NCBI GenBank assembly: GCA_964252035.1
Contig: OZ176209.1
DNA: 64,000 nt
Direction: 5' to 3' (one strand)
Source of the DNA: Podarcis erhardii
Lineage: Eukaryota
This document shows, piece by piece, positions 49,701 through 61,700 of the stretch (position 1 is the first letter of the stretch; each line of letters starts with the position of its first letter). Position numbers and translations under genes: made by a program. The notes beneath the pieces were generated by a model that made no database searches, was not told the origin of the DNA, and was given only the letters and a program-made list of their open reading frames with translations.

Positions 49701-52700
49701 AAAACCTTTTGCTTCTGACAGCAGAGCTTACAGGACGGCTGCATACCGCCTTACCCAGTTGTGGCTGCTGACCAACTTGGACAAAATGTTGGCTCCATTC
49801 GTTTCTGGCTACAATAGTGCATAGCTCACAAATTTTGGTGGGACAGCTTTTATCCCCTTGCACTTCATCTTTAACTGCCTAGTGTGTGTAAATGCATACT
49901 TGTACAATAACTGTGAATAGGTACGTGTCTCCACCACACCAATATATGTTTGCACCAGCGTGTTCCCAATTTGTACCTCCATTAAACATGTCACTGACTT
50001 CTGAGGTTTTTATTTTTATTCTGCGAATCGGCCTGAGATTATTCTGTGAACCGCCCTTAGACCTCCGGGCATAGGGCGGTATATCAATTCAATAAATCAA
50101 TCAATCAATCTTGATAATGTTAACAGGGCAGTCATGGGAAATTGCATGATAGCTTGGGCAATTACAAAATTTGATTTTTTAAAGCGAATGTTCCAAAATG
50201 TTGCATCACTTAGCGCCAATTCTTTTCGTCTCTGAGATGCTATATTCCAGCTTACCCAACCAGTGCTTGCTTTTGGATAGTTGCGCAGACCAGCCAAAGT
50301 CTGGTAAACAAATGCCAAATATAACTGTGCTTTGAAACTACTGCTTTGCAAGACAAAATGCACCCAACAGAAAACAAATCTGGTGTCATAGACTTTCAGG
50401 TAAGATCAAAGAGGTCACCTAGGCGATTTCATGGCAAAGATGGGTAAAGTGAACCTATTAAATTATCTGTGAGCTGAGCTATATGATCAGTAGTGTAATA
50501 TAGTACAACTCAAGGTTGGCTTTACCATTTCAAATGCAAATAGGTTTGAATGCTTCCATGTTTTGTTTTCTTTTGTTTTTTTAAAAAAATGTTCTATATA
50601 GTTTTCTCTCTGACATGCTAGGTTTAATATGCAAAGTGTGGTTTTATGGGGGCAGCATACAAACATACAGCACAACTCACTTTTAACTAGTGGTCTAGTT
50701 CAGCAGAGTCTGCATCACATGATATTACTGTTTCTGGTGCTTAGATCTTCACACACAAAAGTGGACTTCGGAAGAGACCACAGTACAACTTAGAACTTGA
50801 ACTTATTTAGATCTGTTTTCTCCCCTACCCCCGTTTCTTTATGTATGATATTTATTCTAGCCCTGTGTGAGGAGAACGACTATGAAGATGAGGCAGGCAC
50901 CGAGCCTGCAGAAGCTATTGAAGATGGGGACACAGGTGCAGAGTTGGATGATGGTATGGGACCATGAACTCCCTAGTGTGGCGTCAGACATAGTTTTTGT
51001 AGTACAAAGTCATGTCTCAAACGGGTGCAGTGGTGGTATTTTGTGCAAGACTTAGCAAACCCCAAAACATTTGAGCTCAGTAAATGTGCTGTTTTAGCAG
51101 CATGTGAATGTGTGTGGAGACAGTTGTAATTACAGTTGTAATGTTTTATTCATTTGAGGATTAGCGGTGCTCAAGAAAGCTTCTGAGATGACTGGAGAGA
51201 ACCTATTGCTATCAATATTGACCTAGAGCTAGACATATACTAAATGGGTATACAAAAGTAATAAAGGATAAGTTAATTATTCAGAGAATGTGCCAAGTCC
51301 TTGGCCAGCAGATTGTTTTAATGGGGGGGAGCGGGTTTTGAGAATCAGATGCAAAAGGTGAGCCAGCCACCTTTCGTCCATCTGATTGCCTTCAAATCTT
51401 ATTGTCTTCAAGTCTTATTGTCATCTTATTGTTTCCCTTCACGCATCTCTCTTGACTCTGGGTTGGCACGGTGAAATCTTACCATGAAGACACTCTAGAT
51501 TTGCATGTCAGATCCTTTAGTTTTTGTTCTTCTCCTTTCCTTGTGAAAAACAATGGGGAGCAGATGACATCCCATCTGATGCAGAAGCAGAGTGCCGCTT
51601 GCATCAAGAAGAGGCAGAAGAACTGGAGCTGAAAGTCTCTGAAAAAGAAGAAGAAGAAGAAGAAGAAGAAGAAGAAGAAGAAGAAGAAGAAGAGACAGCT
51701 GCCCCTTCCGTTGAGACAGAAGGTACCAAAATTTAATCATCAAGTCTGACGGCCCAAGCAGTTTTGAGCAGTCTGCACTGCAGGCAGTACAGTATTCTAA
51801 CACAATACATCGTTCTCATTATCATTAGGTAAATCTGTGGCCAAGTTGCCAGAGAACATTTGCTGCTCAGGGAATGCTTGCAGGTGGCTGCCATGAAGGT
51901 GTACACATGGAAAATGTTGTGTCAGGTTATGGAAATGATAGTCTTGCTTAAGTCTAGGCTGCCTTTTTAAAACCTGATTTGTCAAAAGCCGTAAAAGAAA
52001 AAGAATAAAAGGCCAAGGAATAATACTTGACATCTGACATTTTTATGGCAGCTGATCTTACTTGGATATTCAGGCTTCATAAGGGGGTACTAGCTGGAGC
52101 CATGTTCACATTGGGGAGTCTTCTCAGTATGGGATACCTCTGTGGTGCTAGTTTCCATCAGTGGCTTCCTTTTGGCTCTATAGAAGGAGGACTCCACAAC
52201 TTACAGCCAACCATCTTAGGCTGGCATGAGTCTTGTGGAAGCTGCTTCTGCTGTCTTGCCTTTGGGGTTTGTTACTATCTTCCCTGGAAACGAAGGCTTC
52301 TCTTGTCATCTTCTGGCTTAATTTTCATCCTGTCCTTCTAGAATTTATGGAATTTGCTACCCCAAAATGTGGTGGTGACCACTAGCTTACGTGGCTTTGA
52401 AGCAATTAGGCAAATGCATGGAAGACAGGGTTATCAGTGTCAGCTACAATTAGTGTCTATGAATCCTTCTTGTGCACTTCTCAGAGGCATCTCAGAGGCC
52501 ACTATGGGAAGCAGAATAGACTAGGATTGACCTTGTGTCTGGTCCAGCTGCCCTTTACTGCTAAACATATTTCTTTTTGACCTGTAATGAGCCACACCTC
52601 TACAAGACCTGTAATGAGCCACACCTCTACAAGCAGTGTAATATTTTAGCATCTAAAGCTACAATCTTGTGCACACCTATTTGTGAGTAATCTCCACTCA

Positions 52701-55700
52701 TTTTAATAGTACTTGCTGCCAAGTAATATGCATCCCATCAGGCTGCACCGATCATAGTACTGTGACTGTCTTGTTTAACCAGGAGGAATGGTAGTGTTCA
52801 AGTTAAGTACCAAGTTGACTATCTGGAAATAAGCAAGGAGGCAGCAGTAAACTCAATGCACTTCATTTGATTTAAAATAGTTATGGACTTGTTTGTTGGT
52901 TTTCCTTCAGACCCTTGCAAGCTTTGTCTGCCTGATCAGTCACCGTGTGAGAGGGCTGCTCTGCCGACTCCAGCTGAAAACCACAAGGAAGAAGAAAAAG
53001 AAGTAAGAAAATGAATTGTGATTTTCTTCATAGCTAATGCTCACTTACCCAGCTGAGTAAAATGTTAAAAGAGAAACTTGATCATAACCCCTGATTCCAT
53101 ACACAAAATATTTGTAAGCTTATTTTAAATTTTTATTTAAATATTTATAATAGATTGGCTTGCAACGTAAATGCACGTGGAAGTGCTTCTATCATTGAAA
53201 CAGGACTGGCAAATAATTGGTTTGGGATCTCTGTATAAAAACAAGTTCCAAACATTCTGCCATGAATATGCTTAGAACAAAAATTGGTGAAAAATTAATG
53301 GGAATGTGTTTTAAGAAATTAACTGAGGTAGCTGAAGCCACTGAATTTGTGAGAGTGCTGCTTACGTTATATTTGGTATTTGGAAGAAAAATTCCAGAGT
53401 ACAAAACAGAGGCATCATTTGTGAACACTGTGCTTTTGTACAAATAGTGGCTTTTAATAACAATATTTATTATTCATAAAGTTGCTCAGCAGTCTAAAGC
53501 ATATTTCAAAAATCAAGACAGGCCCTTTCCACACACTTAGAATCCTAGGAACACAAACCTAGCTATGGAGAAGGTGTGATCTCATTCCTGTTGGTGCTCT
53601 CATTTTTGCTGTTTTTGCAAGCAAAGCCCACAGTGCCTCCATATATTATTCTGTAAGGACACAGTGTGTGTGCATTTAGAAAACACTACTCTTCATTTGA
53701 TTCACAAGAAAGTCTTTATTTATTGAAATATTTATATCCCACCCATCAGCTAAATGTCTATAGAACAACAGAAAATACACATCTTTCAAATGACTGCCCC
53801 GCCCCCACTGTAAATGCCAGAGTAAATAAAATCATTTTAAGCTAATGAAAGAAGGGCCAGTGCAGGACAGGAGGCCAGCTGGGACACCATCACAGAGTAG
53901 GCTCTTGCATCATGGGTACAATATGTGAGGCAGCTGACACCTTAGGTGAAGCCATGTTTTACTTTTGTGCCTCATGCTCTGGAGTTTTCTTAGCTTTTTG
54001 AAAAGCTGATTTACTTTGGACGTTAAGAAAGAGCTTGCTAGTATCAAGCAGTACTTTTAATTGGCTATATTCTGTGACAAGGGGGGTGGGCGGTGGCAGA
54101 ATGAGACTTTCTCCTTATTCTTTCCCATAGATTTGTAGGTAAAAGACTCATTTCCCAGAATCTTCTTTACTTCAGTCTGTTGCAGGACAATTTTCCAACT
54201 TATTCAGAGCTGAGTCAGTCACTCCTTGAGGATGAGTCAGAAGTCACCCAACAATCATCTTTGCTGGCACTTCGTGTGACTTGAACTAGTGTTATGAAAT
54301 ACAATCCACGTGCCTTGTGGGTTTTTTTAGCACAGCTGAAATGCTTAAATTCAAAAAAATGCAGAACAAGAATGACAGTCATTAGTGACACAATGTCCAA
54401 AAAGTATACAGCAATCTAAATAGATATAAAAGTAATGCTATCATAATGCCTGAAGAAGGAGTAACTCATATTGGCAAGTACTGTGGTCCTTATTCATGGT
54501 CCTTATTCACCAGCTGTCTGTCTGTTCTGCCCTTAGATCTGCATCATATTACTGAATCTGTTGAGAGCTAGGGTTGTGAATTAAATTCTGACAGTGGAAA
54601 GTACCCAATGTTGCATGGGAATTCTTAGAAACAAAATCCTCCCTGATATATATAACTGGAAAATGTGATTTGTTACAAGGGCTGTGTATGCTCCCCATTC
54701 CTGCCCCAAATCAATTCAGGAGGCTGGGTTAATATTTAGTTTGGCTCTTTTAGATCCTATGTAACTGGGACAGGGAAGGAGAAATCGTTTCTTCTTTCTT
54801 GCTCCCCCAACTGCTCTGCAGAATGCAGAAGGGTTCAGTCTTGCTGGGTTCTTCTTCACCAGCATGCTTCTTGCTGGGAACAGATCCCTGTAGTCAGCGG
54901 AACTTCACCCTTGGTGGACGACTAGTGTATGTGCCAGTTCTGTTTGCCACCTTCCCTCTCCCATGTCAATGCCCCCAACGTGTCTTAGCTCAGTTTAGAC
55001 CCAGGCGTCCCTGCTGCCGCTGCCACCACCACCACCAACGATGCCACACCACTTTATTCTATGGACGCTTCTTACTCAGCTATTGTTGCTGTTGCCACCA
55101 CCAGTATTTTGCAGGCAGCAGCTGCCTGAGCCGGACCCACGTCACTGCCACCCCCACAAACAAACTTCTGCATCAGCCATCACCATGGGGGCAATAACCA
55201 AGAATGAGAAACCAACCTGCAACATGGGGACAGTTCTTCTGTCCTCCTCTCCCCCCACAGTTAGGTTCTCTTCCCACTTAGGACCTTTGCAGTCTTGGCC
55301 ACCCATTTTTCAATCCTGCTTGGGTCTACTTGCCCAGTACTTTCTCTGTAGGTGACACACTGGCAATCCAGATCCCTGCAGCCAGCAATATTGCATCCTC
55401 TGGCCAGTACCTCATATGAGGAGAGTGTGCACTGTAGAATATTTCCCAGAATTGCTCGTAACAATCTAGGGGTCTGTGGCAAACATGGAGCAGCTGGTAT
55501 ATGTACAATGTTTGGAACTCCTTGGTCTAGAACCTGCTGATGGGTGTTTTGTTCCATTGATGATGCTCTGTGTTTTATATCTGTCTGTGTAGGACTCAAA
55601 GGAGCTTCTTGCAACAGCGCCCTGCAAAGATGAATCCCCAGATGTACGGTTTTTCCCTGAACCGTTCCTGCCAGGAGAGGAGGCGCAAGTCAAGATCTGT

Positions 55701-58700
55701 GATGACCAAAAAGTCAAAAGCCCACCTGCACCACTCTCTCCAATACGGTCCCAGCCAGTTGCAATGCCTGAGACCATCACACCAACATCACCTGTGAAAT
55801 CGCAGCCAGCAACTCCTGCAGCACCTGCATCTCCACCTGCCACCCCCTTGCCTATTTGTTCACAGCCTTTACCCTCTGGTGAAGCATCCATTCAATCTCC
55901 AGGGGAACCTGTGTGTTTCCAACCACTCCCAGCCTTAACCTCCACTCCTTTGGCCAAGCTTGCCCTAAAAAATCAAGATGGAGAGATGGAAAAATTGGGG
56001 AGCCCTACCACAGCAGAAGAAGCTTTGAAAAGGAATAATCTTGTGGAGGAGTTCTGGATGAAAAGTGCTGAAATCCGGAGGAGTTTGGGTCTCACCCCTG
56101 TGAACAGAAGCAGGGGACCAGAGCCAAGCTTTACCATTTCCCCCCTTGAGTCTGCCCCCCTGAAAACATACACCCCTGAGCGTATTTCAGAAGAGAAGGG
56201 GATCCACATTGTAAAACCTCAGTCAGCCTCAAAGAAGCCAGTCACAGCGAAGCTAGACAGTGAGCAGTTTTCTTTGCTGACTCCAAAATCCCCATCAGAG
56301 AGAGAGCTGAAAAATTTGAGTGATGTTAAGAGAGAGCTGTCCAGCAGTTCTGGACTGGGTCTTCAGGGCAGTTCATCAAACATGAGAACATTGGCCAGCC
56401 AGAGTTTCAACACTTCTGATTCCACCATGCTCACTCCTCCATCCAGCCCTCCGCCTCCACCACCTCAAAATGAAGAGCCAGCAACACTGCGGAGAAAAAG
56501 GCACCAGGCAACTTGGCAGAATGAGGCTGAGTCTAAGCCGGCTTCTATGCAAACACCTCACCCGCCACCAGCAGCCAATGAAAGGATCCGGCCAGCCAGG
56601 GAGTCATCCCAGCCCTCCAGAGTGGAGGTACGGAAATCATTTGTGGAGAGTGTAGATGAGATACCATTTGCCGATGATGTGGAGGACACTTACGATGAGA
56701 GGACTGAGGATTCGAGCATCCATGAAAAATATTACACGCCCCCCAGTAGGCCGAGGCCAGAGAAGTCTCTTCACCTACATTTTGTTAAAGAGAATGGTGG
56801 GCCACCATCAATGGAAGGGGGGAGCCAGCAAAAGAGAGGCCTCCCTCAAGTCTCTGCAGAAGCGAAGGAGCTAGCGGAGGAAAGAATGAGAGCCAGAGAG
56901 AAGTCCATCAAGAGCCAGGCCTTACGCGATGCCATGGCTAAGCAGCTATGCAAGATGAAAGAACTGGAGATGGCCAATGCTGCTGGCGCTGCCAAGTTGC
57001 ACAAGGCATCTACCATGCCTTCAAAGACCAAAGAACTGTATTTTGAATCCCAGAAGCATTTGGGTATGAAAGCTAGCGAAGGCCCTACTCTGAAACACGA
57101 GGCTAGTAGTGACAGGTTCTTTTCACCCTTTGCGGACACCAGTGGGCGTGATGGGTCAGTCACATCCTCAGAAGGCTCTGGAGGGAAGAGTAAGAAAAGG
57201 ACTTCTCTCTTCTCCCCCCGCAAGAACAAAAAGGAGAAGAAGTCCAAGAATGACAGCAAGCTCTCTGACAAATCCAGCAGTGCGGCTGAGGAAGCCACGA
57301 AGCCCAAATCACTGTGGAAGTCTGTGTTCTCTGGCTATAAGAAAGACAAGAAGAAAAAGACAGATGACAAATCCTGCCCTAGTACACCTTCCAGTGGGGC
57401 CACAGTGGATTCTGGGAAGCATAAGGCGTCTCCAATAGTTAGAGCAGCAGGTATAGTGTCACTGACTGCATTCTTTAGTGATTCCACTGTACCTGAAAAT
57501 CTTTTGCAGATTTCTTCCATGCACAGAAAATGAGCCCAAGAGATATTTGAGCAATGTAACCTGTGATTTGGGAGGTGATTAAGGGGGGAGGGGAGAGATA
57601 AGCATAAAAAGGCAGAAGAGGAACAAGGAAAGTATGAAAAAAATAGTATTTTACAAAAGCATGGGATTTCTAGTTTTAGCTCGAGGAATAGGAATATGTG
57701 TTCATCTGGATGTTCATGTACCCCAGTTCCAAGCAGTCGTGGATGGTATCTGGCAAACAACACACCACAAGCTCCCTTTAAAGTGATGTATGCAAGGGAG
57801 ATGTATATTTTCTGTGGGTGCTTTCAGGGACTCCTTCAATTCTTGCAACCTCTTTCTCTTTTAAAAAGGAAATTGTTGAATCAGCTTTCTTGTGGGAGGC
57901 CTGATTTGGGGTGGGGCAGTTGCTCTGATGATGATTGAGAATTAGTCCCCTACTCCTAAGCAGCATATTCACAGACATGCACATTTGGGGGAGGAGTACA
58001 CAGCTACCCAGTGGTATCACTGTTCCCTGCCTAACTGGGAGCAGCTGTTTTATCCAAGTGCCCCAAATGGGCTACAAAAGATCCCACGCGTGGCCTAGTT
58101 TTGTGAGGCATGACTGGACACATCCATGAGTTTCCATTTTGCTGCAACACCCAGACTCTAGGGATATTTGTATCAGCAGCAGTGTTAGGCTTGATGTATG
58201 AGTCATTGTTTTCTCCCCCCAGTTCCCATCTCAAGCCTGGTGAAGTCAGTATGAACAGTCTGCTTCATTGTCAACCAGCCTTGGGAGTTTGGGATTAGGT
58301 TCATCTGGTTCTGTGCCCTGCTCTTATTTTAAGCCACTTGGACAAATCCATTTGAAGGATAGTGTTCTGAGTGATCTGATGGTTTTCTTTCTCATATATT
58401 GTCTGACTCAGTTTATAACTTTTAAAATAGCAGGTTGATTATCTGGAGAATAAGTAATAAAGGTGCCTCAGACGAAATCAGAAATATTCAGCAACTTGCA
58501 GCTTGAGGCCCAGCTCATAAACTTCCATTCCAGTTGCAATAGTATTGGCCTAATTGGTTGCATACCTTCCAGATATCTTGCTTGGCATGGAAAGAATAAG
58601 TCCCAGCTGTTCTTCAAGGAACATCTACATTGCTTTTTGAAGAAAAGTATTGAAGAAGTATAAATCAAGGCATCTGAGAAAGTTACTAGTGGAGGTGCAA

Positions 58701-61700
58701 AAAGGTCACACTCTTAGATCTTCTGCAGATTATTATAATTAATGCCAGCAGCACGATATCTCTTTCCCATGTCATAGAAGAGGAGGGATGTAGTCTTACT
58801 GTAGGTAAAACAGGGACAGATAAACCTGATGTGTATTTGCTTTCTTCCACCGAACTCATAGATGCATAAACACACACTCCTTTTTATCTTCACAACAACA
58901 ACCCTGTGAGATAGGCTAGGTGAGTACCTCAAGGTCACCCAGTGAACTTCATGACCAAGTGAGGATTTGAACCTGAGTCTCCCCAGTTCCTGCCCAGTTT
59001 GACACTGTAACCACTGCACCACCATGGCTCTCAGTGATGTGGTTAGAAATAAGTAGGGACCAGGGAGGAGAAATGTGTCCTTCAACATTAAAGAAATTGA
59101 GCACACAGATGTCAAAGAACATCATTAAAAATGGGGAGGGGGAATCACAAACGGCCAGGGCATTGCTCCGGGAGAAAGGGGTAGCTGCTCTAGTCAATGT
59201 AGCAGCAGTGGGGGGGGGGGTGTTATTTTTTTCCAGACTTCAAGAGACTCATCATCTAAGTTCATTATGATGCCGGCTGCTCCTCTGGCTGTGTCATCTG
59301 ATTTGTTTCTTTACCATCGCAGATTTGCAACTACGTCGACACTTAAGCTTCTCTGAGGACTCTGACCTCTCCAACGATGACGTCTTAGAGCGCTCTTCAC
59401 AGAGATCCAAGCGAGAGGTAAGATTAAACTGGGTGGGAAATGTTGAGCTAGCTGTCCTCTTTCAAAGCCAAGATAAATAATAAAACCTTAGGAAAGCTGA
59501 AGTGATTAATATTTAATATTTCCTATTAATTTACTTTAGCTGGGCTGGAAGAAACCTGCAGACAAAAGCCCACTTTTGGATATATCTGAGATTATACTGT
59601 AAAAACTCAGTGTTTATGAAGAACATTGCTTTTCACATCTATTAATAACCATATATGGTATCTACATAGGTCAAATGATCTGCCTAGCTATACAGACACA
59701 CTTTTAGCAAATGTAGGAACTGTGACATGCACATTTAGCACACTGACCACTTAATTGCTTTATATCAGTTGTCCATTGGGGTATAGAACAAACACATTGA
59801 TCCAGAAATATAGGTCCTCCTGCGGAATCCTCACTTATGGCCAGAAATACTGGATCTCTTTCCTAAATGATTCCACTGGCTATGTCTCAACCTTAGTTGT
59901 GTGATCTGTAGCATCAATTTATCATCTCACATTGCTCCTGTTGAGAATGAGATGCAGTTTGCAAAGCTGGTATGTTTGTTCCAGTTGTTGTTCCTTCGAT
60001 GTGTATTGGGAATGGCATGTATGGTTTACACCTCATGACAAACCATATCACTGGTTTAGGACTCAATTTCCAAGCTTTATGGGAAAATCACTACCTCATC
60101 AAAGAGGTGCTAAGTTCCTTGCACTGTTCAGTTTTAAGACAGTGAAGAACACCTTACAAGCGCTGTTTCAAATGGCAAGATGGAGGTCTTATTTGCAAGT
60201 ATGATTATTTGCATGTCGAGCAAATAATCTGTAGTTCTTCCGGCTAAAAGAGCTGCTTCTGAGTAAGCACTCCAACTGGCCACTTTTATCTTGGATGATA
60301 AATTACAGCTCAGGCAGCTGTCCAAGGATGACGATGTAAACTTGTAAATGTGACTGTCTTTCATACTCAGACGCTGAGTTTCTTCCCATGTTTAACATAC
60401 CTATATTTGAGCTGTTGTTGTTTTTTATTGGACCCTTCCCTGCCCCCCAACTTCCCACATGCTTGCCTTCAGGATTTTCCTGGCAGGTTCCACATTACAT
60501 CTGGGATGCAAAGGAATGAGGAGGTACCTGGTGATGCTGGAAACAGCATCATGGGAGAGAGTAGTAGTAACAATGTGGTGGGTTCTGATAAGTCATGAAG
60601 CAGTTACTTATTCATGTCTGCATAGAGCAGAAGTGGGAACCTGTGGCCTTCCAGATGTTGTGGGATTCCCACTTCTACCTTCCCCAGCCAACATAGGCAA
60701 TAGACAGGGAGGGTGGGAGTTGCAGCCCAGCAACATCTGTAGGGCCTTGGTACCCAATCCCTGGCTTAGAGCCCTGAAGCTGCCTCAACGTTCATATAGC
60801 TGCTTAGCATGGATTGGTTAGCACTTCTGCCACATCTGATTCACACAGGTGGCCAACATGTGATGAAGAGTGAGAATTACTTCACCTCTAAATAGCCATT
60901 GGAGTGCTTAATGGTTGTTTTGTTGTGTATTTTGAATATTGCAGACATTCCAGGTATCTTAATCAACAGCAAAGAACTGTTATTAATATGCATTGAGAGT
61001 TGCATCAAGAAGGAATATGTACTGAAAGAGTCGAAGTAATTGGTCATTTTACCAATCTTAACTCCTCCAGTTACATGAATGAAAGGATGGTTAAACATTC
61101 CATGGACTAAATAATCCTCTCCAGTTCTGATATTGAGCTGGGGTGCATAAAACAAAGCAGCTCCCTTGCCTCAGTAGAGAGATCAGGAGCAGGCTGCAGG
61201 ATTGTTGTGTCAGTGACAATACATGGCTTGACTGCAGTGAAGGAGAGAGGGGAGCAGCTGTGAGGAAGAAATACACAATTGCAGTCTGTTCCCCATTGCT
61301 TAGTTGTAGTTCATAGAGCCACCTTTGCTCTTCACTGCCCCAGTGTGATGTTTTCCATGCTGGTGAGTTGTGAGAACAGAAATGGCAGGGTGTTGTGGGA
61401 TGGTCTTAATTTGATTACTAATCTGGAATACAAGGGCATGGTCTTGTGTGTGCCTCCTGAGGCAGTATTTTCTTCTCTCTGCTACATGACCGATCATGAA
61501 CTGCTTATAGACCAAAACCCAGCAGCTAGCGCTCTTGTTGCAATACCATACAGTGGTGCCCCGCAAGACGAACGCCTCGCAAGACGGAAAACCCACTAGA
61601 CGAAAGGGTTTTCCGTTTTGGAGGCGCTTCGCTAAACGAATTTCTCTATGGGGTTGCTTCGCAAGACGAAAAAGTCTTGCGAGTTCCCGCAGGTTTTTTT

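Noticed and set aside
55466-57763. Several antisense and off-frame ORFs over the large exon
   Set aside because: Shadow ORFs expected from GC-rich coding sequence; no recognisable product or splice support.
60309-60335. Possible 27-nt microexon LRQLSKDDD resembling [10 protein letters not shown]
   Set aside because: Poor pyrimidine tract and weak GAT|GTAAAC donor; the similarity is too short to separate from chance.
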